Shown: positions 25,166-34,204 of the stretch, in pieces
Layout of the letters: each line of letters begins with the position of its first letter
Position numbering within the stretch: position 1 is the stretch's first letter
NCBI GenBank assembly: GCA_039961895.1
Contig: JABRVU010000355.1
Coordinates: 1-37,546, forward strand
DNA length: 37,546 bases
Source of the DNA: Phycisphaerae bacterium
GTDB lineage: Bacteria; Planctomycetota; Phycisphaerae; UBA1845; PWPN01
Direction of reading: 5' to 3'
Made by a program: the position numbers and the translations under genes
Notes under the pieces: model-generated
Database searches by the model: none
What the model was told of the DNA's origin: nothing
The model's input: the letters and a program-made list of their open reading frames with translations, nothing else

Positions 25166-26773
25166 ATGTTCATCGCTACCCGGCGGACAACGTTCCCCGT
25201 GAAATCTCGAAACCACCACCGCGCGGGCGGCTTGCTCATTTCTCGCCTCTCACGTCCTGCTTCCACGGCGTTGCAGTCTGTAACCTTCGGACTGATCGCC
25301 CCGTGGCTGGTCACGGCGCCGGCGGTCGCCGCCGATCGCCCGAACGTCGTCCTGATCTACGCCGACGACGTGGGCTACGGCGATTTCGGCTGCTACGGCG
25401 CCACCGCGGTGCGGACGCCCCACGTCGATCGTCTGGCCGCCGAGGGTTTGCGCTTCACCAGCGGCTATTGCTCATCGGCCAGTTGCACGCCCTCGCGCTA
25501 CTCGATGCTGACCGGCGAATACGCCTTTCGCAAGAAAGGCACAGGCATCCTGCCGGGCGACGCGGCCCTCATCATCCGGCCCGGCCGCACGACCCTGGCG
25601 TCGATCCTCAAGCAGGCCGGCTACGCCACCGGCGTGGTAGGCAAGTGGCACCTGGGCCTGGGCGCGGGAACGAAGGACAAGCCCCTGGACTGGAACGCGG
25701 ACATCCGCCCCGGTCCGCTCGAGATCGGCTTTGATTACTGCTTCATCATGCCGGCCACCGGCGACCGCGTGCCCTGCGTCTACGTCGAGGACCGCCGCGT
25801 CGTGGGGCTCGATCCGGCCGATCCCATCCGCGTCAGCTACCAGGAGCCGTTCCCCGGCCTGCCCACCGGCGTGACCGCCCGCGACCGGCTCAAGATGAAC
25901 TGGAGCCACGGGCACAACATGGCCGTCGTCAACGACATCGGGCGGATCGGTTACATGTCCGGCGGCAGGCGAGCCTTGTGGGTGGACGAGGACATGGCCG
26001 ACGTCTTCACCCGCAAGGCCCTGTCCTTCATCGAGCGACACCAAGACGGCCCGTTCTTCCTCTACTTCGCCACGCACGACGTGCACGTGCCGCGCGTGCC
26101 GCACCCGCGCTTCGTCGGCCGGAGCGGCATGGGGCCGCGCGGCGACGCCCTGGTGCAGTTCGACTTCTGCGTCGGCGAGATCCTCGCCGCTCTGGACCGG
26201 CTCAGGCTCAGCGACAACACACTGGTGATCCTGACCAGCGACAACGGGCCGGTGCTCGACGACGGCTACCAGGACCAGGCCAATGAGCTGCTCGGCGGCC
26301 ACAGGCCGGCCGGTCGGCTGCGCGGCGGAAAGGGCAGCCTCTTCGAGGGCGGCACGCGCGTGCCGTTCATCGTGCGCTGGCCGGCGCGGATCAGGCCCGG
26401 CGTCTCCGACGCGCTGGTCAGCCAGGTGGATTTTCCGGCCAGTCTGGCCGCGCTCACCGGCCGCAAGCTCGCCGACCCCGACGCGCCCGACGGCGTCAAC
26501 GTCCTGCCCGCGCTGTTGGGCGAATCGCGCAGCGGCCGGGACTTCGTCGTCGAGCACGCCGGCAGCACCGCCCTGCGGGCCGGAAACTGGAAGTACATCC
26601 CGCCCGGCCAGACCCGCGACGGCCTCAACCCCCGGCAGACCACCCGCATCGAGGCCCCCGGACTGCTCTTCAACCTGGCCGACGATCCCGGCGAGACCCG
26701 CGACCTGGCCGCCCAGGAGCCCGAAAAACTCAAGGAAATGACGGCCCTGCTGGCTCGAATCCGCGAGAGATGA
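25166..26773 (+). CDS. Arylsulfatase (S1 sulfatase, Cys-type)
   Basis: RPNVVLIYADDVG, CTPSRYSMLTG, GKWHLG, TSDNG, GGKGSLFEGGTRVP, LFNLADDPGE. Start uncertain. Confidence 0.93.
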   Translation: MFIATRRTTFPVKSRNHHRAGGLLISRLSRPASTALQSVTFGLIAPWLVTAPAVAADRPNVVLIYADDVGYGDFGCYGATAVRTPHVDRLAAEGLRFTSGYCSSASCTPSRYSMLTGEYAFRKKGTGILPGDAALIIRPGRTTLASILKQAGYATGVVGKWHLGLGAGTKDKPLDWNADIRPGPLEIGFDYCFIMPATGDRVPCVYVEDRRVVGLDPADPIRVSYQEPFPGLPTGVTARDRLKMNWSHGHNMAVVNDIGRIGYMSGGRRALWVDEDMADVFTRKALSFIERHQDGPFFLYFATHDVHVPRVPHPRFVGRSGMGPRGDALVQFDFCVGEILAALDRLRLSDNTLVILTSDNGPVLDDGYQDQANELLGGHRPAGRLRGGKGSLFEGGTRVPFIVRWPARIRPGVSDALVSQVDFPASLAALTGRKLADPDAPDGVNVLPALLGESRSGRDFVVEHAGSTALRAGNWKYIPPGQTRDGLNPRQTTRIEAPGLLFNLADDPGETRDLAAQEPEKLKEMTALLARIRER

Positions 26774-26824
26774 CCGTTCGCGTCACGGCCCCTCGACGTC
26801 GGGGGACGCGACGCCGGGTTATCC

Positions 26825-28441
26825 TTAATCACCCCAGGTTTCCGCCGCCGTTCGGGCGATTTTTCCGTAGACCCGCCGGGCCTCCTGGATGAGGGCCAGG
26901 GCCTCATCGCGCTGGGACGGCGTGGGGTACCGCTTCGGGCGGTTGCTGATCGTCTCCAGCCGGTCGAGCCAGCGGAGCATGTATTCGGAGTCAGCCCGCG
27001 AGGCGGTGGGTTTGCCGTCCAGCGTGACGTAGACCGGGCTGGTGTGGGCCTGGCGCATCCGGCCGTCGGGAGCCCGGTAGACGGCCCTGGCCGCCAGCCA
27101 TCCGCTCCGCTTCACGCGATGCGCGATCTCGACCGTTTTCCTCAGCACCGGCGCGGGTTTCTCGCCGGTGAGCTTTTCCGAGTGGATGACCTGGCCGTTG
27201 CAGACGACGTCGATGGCGTCGATCGCCTCGATGGCGCGCAGCTCGGCCTTGACGCGCAGGCCTTCCCGGCCGCTGGTGCGGGCGAGGACGTCGCCGGGGA
27301 AGTGCCCATCCACGGTGAGTATCAGCATCGGTCCGCTGGTGGCGAAGGTCCGACCGGCACGAACCGCGCGGTTGAAGCCCTCGACCGTCAGCGGTTCGTC
27401 CAGCCGGGCGTAGGTCCGGCTGTAGCCCGCCGGCGAGGGCATCACCCCGATGGCCGAGCCCCCGGTCACGCCCAACCGGAAACCGCAGTTGAGCCAGCGG
27501 TAATAGACTCCGTTGGTGCGCAGGAACAGCTCGTCCTCTCCCCAAGGGCCGGGCGAATCCTCGATCTCCGGCCCGATCATGCCGCAGCAGACCGGCATGG
27601 TCGTGGCCCGGTGGAAATGGTTGTGGCAGACCTGCACCGTATCGAACAGCCCCAGGGCGACGCCCACCACGTTCCCGCCCCACAGCGGCTTGTCCGTATC
27701 GATGACGCATTCGGGCGATTGCCGCCTGGCCAGGCGCTGGAAGACCACGTCGGGCGGCCAGGTGGCGGTGCGTCCGGCGAAGACGATCGGACGGTTGAGG
27801 CCGAAGATCAGCAAGGCCCCCACGGACGCGAACGGCTCATCGCCCAGGCGTTCGATCTCGATGTTGTTCATCACCACCAGGTGCGTGTCGTCGGCCCGGG
27901 CGACGGGCCACTCGGGGCGCTCCGGCCAGTCCGCCTTGCCGAACTCGTTCCAGTACGAGAACACGGGCAGGATGTTGAGGTCGTCAGCCAGGGCAAGTTG
28001 TCGGAGCGTGGCCGGGCTGTCGTGTCCGAAATGGACGTGATGATCGGCCGAGTACCACCCTTCCTTGTGCATCTCGACCCAGGGTTCCATTTCGACGGCC
28101 AAGTCGATCGTCCGGCCGGCCTCGACGGCGACTTCGCGCCGCACCGGCGGATACTCCTTGCCGCGCTCGAGGTGGACGATCGCCTTGCCCGCCGGCAAGG
28201 CCAGGGTGAACGCGCCGTCGCAGGAGAAACTGCGGTCCTTGGCGTAGGGCGTGCAGCCGGGCGAGGAAGGCTCGAAATACCGCCGGCCCGCGGACTCCAC
28301 CCAGGCCCGACAAGGCAGCCCGCCCGGCCGGCCGGCGCGCGTCACCGTGACCGACAGGGTACCCGTCTGGGCGTTGGCCATCAGCGCGAACAGGCCGACG
28401 CTCAACCCCGACACGCTGATGCGGACAAGGTTCGTGAACAT
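26825..28441 (-). CDS. Secreted CehA/McbA-family (PHP-like) metallohydrolase
   Basis: Signal peptide; ERGKEY; GWYSADHHVH; YYRWLNCGFRL...GGSA; RTY; GRTFATSGPML; AHTSPVYV. Confidence 0.75.
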   Translation of the reverse strand: MFTNLVRISVSGLSVGLFALMANAQTGTLSVTVTRAGRPGGLPCRAWVESAGRRYFEPSSPGCTPYAKDRSFSCDGAFTLALPAGKAIVHLERGKEYPPVRREVAVEAGRTIDLAVEMEPWVEMHKEGWYSADHHVHFGHDSPATLRQLALADDLNILPVFSYWNEFGKADWPERPEWPVARADDTHLVVMNNIEIERLGDEPFASVGALLIFGLNRPIVFAGRTATWPPDVVFQRLARRQSPECVIDTDKPLWGGNVVGVALGLFDTVQVCHNHFHRATTMPVCCGMIGPEIEDSPGPWGEDELFLRTNGVYYRWLNCGFRLGVTGGSAIGVMPSPAGYSRTYARLDEPLTVEGFNRAVRAGRTFATSGPMLILTVDGHFPGDVLARTSGREGLRVKAELRAIEAIDAIDVVCNGQVIHSEKLTGEKPAPVLRKTVEIAHRVKRSGWLAARAVYRAPDGRMRQAHTSPVYVTLDGKPTASRADSEYMLRWLDRLETISNRPKRYPTPSQRDEALALIQEARRVYGKIARTAAETWGD

Positions 28442-28585
28442 GTTGGGAGATTACGCCCTTCGCCGGGCTGGTGAAAGGGGCCCGGCAGGACCAGCCGCCC
28501 GACGGAGATCGAGGGCGATCCGCATCCTGGACCACAACTACCCGAAAGCCATCCCCAGTCCACCCACCCGCACGAACCGTCCGGC

Positions 28586-28614
28586 TTGCTCGAAGACCGT
28601 CGGGCGGATAGGTT
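28586..28614 (+). promoter_or_regulatory. Putative leaderless promoter for the yhbY operon
   Basis: TTGCTC-N17-TAGGTT, then 6 nt, then ATG 28621; no SD. Confidence 0.45.
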
Positions 28615-28620
28615 TTCATC

Positions 28621-28938
28621 ATGCCGGATAGGCCACACATCGGCGGCCTCGAACCCACGCCGGAGCCGAGCCCGGCCATGCGACGGGAGCTGCGCTCGCG
28701 GGCCCAGAGGCTCAAGGCCCGGCTGACCGTCGGCCGCAAGGGGCTCACCGGCCCGTTCCTGGAGGAGGTTCGCGGCGAACTGGGGCGACATGAGCTGGTC
28801 AAGGTCCGGCTGGACGTGGATGAGGCCGACCAGGCCGACGAACTGGCCGGGGCCCTGGCCGAGGCCGTGCCCTGCCACCTCATCCAGCGGATCGGGCGGG
28901 TCGCGCTGCTGTACCGACCTGACGGACAGGAACCATGA
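28621..28938 (+). CDS. yhbY: YhbY/CRS1 (CRM) RNA-binding protein
   Basis: RRELRSRAQRLK....VGRKGLT......V...L..HELVKV...IQRIGRVALLYR. Confidence 0.85.
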   Translation: MPDRPHIGGLEPTPEPSPAMRRELRSRAQRLKARLTVGRKGLTGPFLEEVRGELGRHELVKVRLDVDEADQADELAGALAEAVPCHLIQRIGRVALLYRPDGQEP

Positions 28939-30083
28939 GCGACAAAGGACGGGTCTGGCCTGATGAATCCCGCCGGATGACCGATGAGGCCACCGGCGCG
29001 ACCGTCTGGCAGATCACCAGCCACCCGAGCATCAGCCACGGCCTCTATTTCCTCACCGATTCGTTCCTGCCGGACGAGCGGTCGCTGGTGTTCGCCGGCC
29101 TCAGGACCGGAACCGCCAACTTCTTCCGCGCCGGGTTTCCGGCCGGTGAAATCACGCAACTGACCGACTCTCCGGGCATCAACAGCTTCTCCGCCGTGCT
29201 CAGCGCGGATGGGCGGACGTTGTACTTCACGCGCGATTCCGCCATCGTGGCCCTGGACTTGGCCGGCCTCGAGGAGCGCGTGTTGGCCGACTTCCCCGGC
29301 GGCAAGCTCGGCGAGGTGGACCTGTCGGCCGACGGAGCGTGGATCGTGTCCGCCATCAGGCTCGGCGACGGGCACGGGATCGCGGTCGCCTCGGCCCGCG
29401 GGACGGGCGGTTCGATCATTCACCGCCAGGCGCGGACCATCATCCACCCCCAGTTTCACCCCACTGATCCGACGCTCATCGAGTACGCCGCCGACCCCGC
29501 TCCGCGCATGCACCTGATCCGCCGCGACGGCAGCGACAACCGCTGCCTCTACCGGCACGACAACGACGAGTTCGTGGTCCACGAGACCTGGCTGGGCGAC
29601 ACCGGCGACCTGGTCTTCACCGTCTGGCCCAAGGCCCTCAAGCGGATGCGGCTGCCGGAGGGGCGGATCGAGCCGATCGCCGAGTTCAACGCCTGGCACA
29701 TCTGCCCCAGCCGCGACGGGCGCTACGTGATCTGCGACACCAACCATCCCGACGTCGGGATCCAGGTGGTGGAGGTCGCCACCGGCGCCCGCCGGACGCT
29801 CTGCCATCCGCGGAGCAGCAACGGCGGCTCGCAATGGAAGAAGAGCCGATACGCGCTGCGCGAGGACTTCGAGGCGGCGGCCAGGGCCGGCTCCGGCGAC
29901 GTCTCGAAGGAGTTGTCCTGGATGGAGATGAAGACCGACACCGTGTACGGCCCGCAATGGAGCCATCCGCACCCGGCCTTGAGCCGATCCGGCCGGCTGG
30001 CCACCTTCACCAGCGACCGCACCGGCTGGCCGCAGGTCTACGTGGTCGAGTGCGGGCTGCCGGCGTTCCGGTCCGTGGCATGA
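28935..30083 (+). CDS. Oligogalacturonate lyase family (PL22-like) beta-propeller
   Basis: N-terminal KG..WP.E.....D..TG..V.QIT....H.LYF, HPQFHP, HETW, WH, C-terminal HPHP..S..G....FTSDRTG..QVY. Confidence 0.75.
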   Translation: MSDKGRVWPDESRRMTDEATGATVWQITSHPSISHGLYFLTDSFLPDERSLVFAGLRTGTANFFRAGFPAGEITQLTDSPGINSFSAVLSADGRTLYFTRDSAIVALDLAGLEERVLADFPGGKLGEVDLSADGAWIVSAIRLGDGHGIAVASARGTGGSIIHRQARTIIHPQFHPTDPTLIEYAADPAPRMHLIRRDGSDNRCLYRHDNDEFVVHETWLGDTGDLVFTVWPKALKRMRLPEGRIEPIAEFNAWHICPSRDGRYVICDTNHPDVGIQVVEVATGARRTLCHPRSSNGGSQWKKSRYALREDFEAAARAGSGDVSKELSWMEMKTDTVYGPQWSHPHPALSRSGRLATFTSDRTGWPQVYVVECGLPAFRSVA

Positions 30084-30127
30084 CCGGCGGCGCCCGGGAG
30101 GCCCGAAGAGCACAGAGGGAGGTCACG

Positions 30128-31483
30128 ATGTCCTCGTTGCGGCGTATCGTTTCATCGGCCCCGAGGGTTATCGCCTTGCGGCGGGCCGTCTGGGGGTGGC
30201 TGATGGCCGGGCCGGCCCTGGCGGCGCCGCCCGCGCTGGATCTGCTCAATCTTCCCGTGGTCGATCCGGCGCTGGTCAGCATCCGCGCCGTCACCAAAGG
30301 ACCGAAGTTCCACTGGTTCGGCTATTACGACAAGCACCAGTTCGACCCCACCGGCCGATACCTGCTCGCCCACCAGGCGGATTTCGAGCATCGTTCGCCC
30401 ACGCCCGACGACGTCATCAAAATCGGCATGGTCGATCTGGCCGACGGCGACAGGTGGATCGAGCTGGGCGAAACGCGGGCCTGGTCCTGGCAGCAGGGGG
30501 CGATGCTCCAGTGGCGCCCGGGCTCGGACAGCGAGATTCTCTTCAACGACCGCGAGGGCGACCGTTTCGTCTGCCGCGTGCTCGACGTGAAGACCCGCCG
30601 GATACGGACGTTGCCCATGGCCATCGGGCACGTCAGCCCCGACGGCAAGCAGGCCCTGTGCGACGACTTCGCGCGGATTCAGCACATGCGTCCGGGCTAC
30701 GGCTACGCCGGCGTCGAGGACCCCTATAAGGACGATCCGGCGCCGGAGGAGGCCGGGGTCTACCGCATGGACCTCGATACCGGCCAGACGCGGTTCCTGG
30801 TCTCGATCGCCGCCCTGGCCAGGATTCCCTACCCGACCGCCACGCCCCGCGACCGGCACTACCTCAACCACCTCCAGTGGAGCCCGGACGGCAGGCGCTT
30901 CCTCATGTTCAACCGCTGGGTCGGGGGGGTGAGCGGGCAGCCCACGCGGGTGTTCACCGCCGACACGGCCGACGGCGGGAACCTGCGGCTGCTCTCGGCC
31001 GTCGGGGCCTCGCATTACATGTGGCGCGACAACGACCACGTGCTGATCTGGGGCCTGGGGGGATACAAGCTCTACGCCGACGACGGCAGCGGCGAGCCTC
31101 AAACGACGCTCTGGACCGCGCCCAACGGCCATCAGAGCTTCATCCCCGGCACGCGGAAGCAGTGGCTGGTCACCGACACCTACCCGCAGGGCGGCAAGCG
31201 CGAGCAGATCGTCTACCTGTTCCATCTGCCGACCGGGCGGGCGTTCATCCTGGGCCGCTTCCACTCGCCCAAGGCCTACAGCGGCGAATGGCGCTGCGAT
31301 ACCCATCCCCGGGTGAGCCGCGACGGGCGGTTCGTGGTGATCGACTCGCCCCACGGCGGCGAAGGGCGCCAGCAGTACCTTATCGACATCAGCCGGATCG
31401 TGGACGGCGAAGGCATCCGCCCGGCGGCCGCCAAGGCTTCGCCCGGACACGATGGCCGACGGCAGGATGCGACGCGCGGGTGA
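30128..31483 (+). CDS. Secreted TolB/PD40-like beta-propeller protein
   Basis: HWFGYYDK, AWSWQQGAMLQW, RPGYGY, NHLQWSPDG, LVTDTYP, WRCDTHPRVSRDG; GGAGG RBS before ATG 30128. Confidence 0.7.
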   Translation: MSSLRRIVSSAPRVIALRRAVWGWLMAGPALAAPPALDLLNLPVVDPALVSIRAVTKGPKFHWFGYYDKHQFDPTGRYLLAHQADFEHRSPTPDDVIKIGMVDLADGDRWIELGETRAWSWQQGAMLQWRPGSDSEILFNDREGDRFVCRVLDVKTRRIRTLPMAIGHVSPDGKQALCDDFARIQHMRPGYGYAGVEDPYKDDPAPEEAGVYRMDLDTGQTRFLVSIAALARIPYPTATPRDRHYLNHLQWSPDGRRFLMFNRWVGGVSGQPTRVFTADTADGGNLRLLSAVGASHYMWRDNDHVLIWGLGGYKLYADDGSGEPQTTLWTAPNGHQSFIPGTRKQWLVTDTYPQGGKREQIVYLFHLPTGRAFILGRFHSPKAYSGEWRCDTHPRVSRDGRFVVIDSPHGGEGRQQYLIDISRIVDGEGIRPAAAKASPGHDGRRQDATRG

Positions 31484-31585
31484 GGCGGAGCGGTACGCGA
31501 AGCGGGAATCGTTCTACCCCCACTCCCATCCCCTCCCGTTCCTCCTTGCTACTGTTTCGAAGCGCTTCGGAACCGCGCGGGCGAA

Positions 31586-31652
31586 GAACCCATCTCAAAA
31601 CCCTGAAAACTGACCGGCTGGAAGCCGGTCCCACACGGTTCTGGGACCGGTC
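31586..31652 (+). repeat. ~67-bp REP-containing dispersed repeat, copy 3
   Basis: GAACCCATCTCAAAACCCTGAAAACTGACCGGCTGGAAGCCGGTCCCACACGGTTCTGGGACCGGTC, between convergent genes. Confidence 0.78.
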
Positions 31653-31753
31653 GCCAAAGGATGGGATGGGCTTGACAAGCCCGCGGTTTGTTGAGCGTGC
31701 CTTCCGCGGCGCTATCTTTGGAACACCGAACCCTGAAACCCTATGGCGGCATC

Positions 31754-32707
31754 TCAGCCAAGCTTGCCGCGAAGCAGCTCCAGGCTCTTGGGCACGCCGG
31801 TGGCGGGCGGCTCCTTGCCCTCGAACTCCAGCGAGATCCAGCCTCTGAAGCCCGCCTTGCGCAGGATCTCGCCCACCCGGGCGTAGTCGATGTCCAGCGT
31901 GTACCACTCGCCGCCGCCGAAGTAAGTCTTGGCCTGGACCATGAAGGTGTGGGGGGCGATCTGCTCCATCTGTTCATAGGGGTGGTCGAGGAAGTTGCCC
32001 GTGTCCATCAGCAGCTTGAGCCACGGCGAGCGGATGGCGTCGTGGATGCGCAGCAGGCCGGCGGCGGTCCGGCCGATACCCCAGTGGTTCTCGAGGGCCA
32101 GGGTGACGCCGCATTCGGCGGCCTTGGGCAGACACTGCTCGATCGACTCGATGCACCACTTGAAGCCCTCGTCCTCGGTGTGGCCGGGCAGCAACGGCTC
32201 GATGCCCTGATGCTTCATCAGCTCATCGAACGACGCGATGGTGTTCCACCGGCCGGTGTTGAGCCGCAGCACCGGAATGCCCATCGCGTAGGCCAGCTCG
32301 ATGCAGTGCAGGGTGTGCTCGACGTTCTTGCGGCGCAGGGCGGGGTCGGGATAGACGAAACCCTGGTGGATCGAGAAGCCCATCAGGGCCAGGCCGTTGG
32401 CGAAGGCCCGCTTCTTGAGGTCCTGAAGGTAGGGCCTGGATTCGCTGCTCATCTGACGGTGGAGGATCTCGACGCCGTCGAAGCCCATCCGGGCGGCCTG
32501 GTCGATGCAGTCGGCGACCTCGACCTTCTGCTCCTTGAAGTGCCAGAAGGAGTAGGTGGACACTCCGATCGGCCAGCCGCGCCGTGGCCCGGCGGCGGAG
32601 GTCCGGGCAGTGGCCGGTTCGTCGCCGGCTTGGGCCGCACCGCCCGCCGAGGTCGATGCCGCCGCGCCGATCACGGCACCCAGCAGCTCGCGCCGCGTGG
32701 TGTTCAT
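31754..32707 (-). CDS. Tat-exported sugar phosphate isomerase/epimerase (xylose isomerase-like TIM barrel)
   Basis: MNTTRRELL; GVSTYSF, GFDGVE, LALENHWG, DTGNF, AK, GFRGWISLEFEG. Confidence 0.88.
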   Translation of the reverse strand: MNTTRRELLGAVIGAAASTSAGGAAQAGDEPATARTSAAGPRRGWPIGVSTYSFWHFKEQKVEVADCIDQAARMGFDGVEILHRQMSSESRPYLQDLKKRAFANGLALMGFSIHQGFVYPDPALRRKNVEHTLHCIELAYAMGIPVLRLNTGRWNTIASFDELMKHQGIEPLLPGHTEDEGFKWCIESIEQCLPKAAECGVTLALENHWGIGRTAAGLLRIHDAIRSPWLKLLMDTGNFLDHPYEQMEQIAPHTFMVQAKTYFGGGEWYTLDIDYARVGEILRKAGFRGWISLEFEGKEPPATGVPKSLELLRGKLG

Positions 32708-32820
32708 AAGCCTTCTCCGAAGCGGGAAAGACGCCCCATCGTTTTCGCAACCGGTTGACGGTCGCCGCCTCCCGGCGGCGCGGCCCGGAACGTCGGGCAC
32801 GGGTCCTTCTCGGCCTGATG

Positions 32821-33636
32821 CTACCCTCCGCCGGCGGGCTTCCCCGGTCCGGGCGCGGCGCCGGGCGCGAGGCGATCCTCCGCCGGAGCGGCGCGACGGT
32901 CCACCAGCACGGTCCGCGGCAGCAGGCGTTCGATCTCCGTCGTGCTCTTGCCGCGCAAGTCCACCACCGTCTCGAGCATCGGCGAGGAAAACAGGCCGAT
33001 GCGCTCATTGCCCGCGATGGCCACCGGGTTATTGGTGCTGATTCCGCCGACCAGGCAACCGATCATAAAAACCAGGTTGTTCCGCGGAAAGTCGCGGATG
33101 CGGATCAGCGGGGCCAGGGGGTGGCCGGTCGCCCGGAAGCAGTGATCGACCAGTTCCGTGCAATAGTAGCGGTCGTTGTCCGGCGAGAACTTATCGTCGT
33201 ACATCACGTCCGCGGCGATGAGCCGGTCCAGTTCGGCGAGGACCTCGGGAATCAGGTAGGCATACTCCGGCTTGAGGCGGCAGACCACCAGGTTCCTGGT
33301 GCCGTCCAGCCACCAGTCGACCAGGTATCGGCGGGCCACGCCGGCGGGGGTGACATCCGCGACGATGACGCCGTCGGGACCCACGTGCCGGACCAGCGAG
33401 GCGTGAGACATCTGGCTCTCGGTGCATTCGGCGATGGTCTTGCTGAAGTCGACCAGCCCGCCGGCCAGCTCGGTGTTGCTCAGGCGGAAGATCACATCGC
33501 CGGGTTTGAGGACGCTTTCCAGGCCGGGGACGATGCGGACGGCCTCGTCGTGCCACTGGCCGATGGAGCGGGGGACCGGCGTCATTTGACATCCGGCGGC
33601 CCACAGCAGGAATCCGGCGATGCAGGTTCGATTCAA
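32821..33636 (-). CDS. YiiX/YebB-like permuted papain-like (NlpC/P60) lipoprotein
   Basis: TTG start with GGAG RBS; lipobox AAGC; LKPGDVIFR, SHASL, YDDKF....YYCTELV (His precedes Cys). Confidence 0.8.
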   Translation of the reverse strand: MNRTCIAGFLLWAAGCQMTPVPRSIGQWHDEAVRIVPGLESVLKPGDVIFRLSNTELAGGLVDFSKTIAECTESQMSHASLVRHVGPDGVIVADVTPAGVARRYLVDWWLDGTRNLVVCRLKPEYAYLIPEVLAELDRLIAADVMYDDKFSPDNDRYYCTELVDHCFRATGHPLAPLIRIRDFPRNNLVFMIGCLVGGISTNNPVAIAGNERIGLFSSPMLETVVDLRGKSTTEIERLLPRTVLVDRRAAPAEDRLAPGAAPGPGKPAGGG

Positions 33637-33665
33637 CCGGCCTTACTCCCGGAAAAGGCTTTCGC

Positions 33666-33694
33666 AGTATAGGCGAATTCGGAGATGCTCACAA
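33666..33694 (-). promoter_or_regulatory. Putative sigma70 promoter for the YiiX-like gene
   Basis: Minus strand TTGTGA-N17-TATACT. Confidence 0.55.
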
Positions 33695-34003
33695 GCCGCC
33701 GGGTCCCGGGAATGGGGTTCAGGGGTTCACGTCGGGTCCGTGACGAATTCCGCGGGCCCGCCGCCATTGGCGGGCCGTCAACCGGTTCCGTGCCCGGCGC
33801 CATTTTCCGCCCACGTGCGACGCCGCGAGGTCCGTCCCGCCTCCACAATAGGGTACGGGAATCCCCGCCAGGCCTCTCCGATGCCGTCACCCTTGTGCGT
33901 CGGCCGTGGTGGTCTGAAACGATTGTCGGGTTGTCCTCCCCTCACGGCCCCCTCCCGGAGTTCCCGAGAGGATGCACTGGCGTGTCGGCGCTGGTTTGCA
34001 TCG

Positions 34004-34029
34004 GTAGCGACCGGCCTCTGTGCCGGTCG
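34004..34029 (+). repeat. GTAG-type REP palindrome
   Basis: GTAG followed by CGACCGGC-CTCTGT-GCCGGTCG. Confidence 0.55.
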
Positions 34030-34204
34030 TGGAGTGGTTTCCGGCTTACCACGGCCTGCGCGGGGGCAGGCCGCCACGAGATGGCGCTGTTATACGGGCC
34101 TGCTGCTCGACGCCTTGTGCGCGGCGGCATGAGCCCGCACAATGGCACAAGTCGAGCTTAGCGAAACCCCGGCGTCGCCGGAAGCCACGTCGGGGAAAAC
34201 GCGG

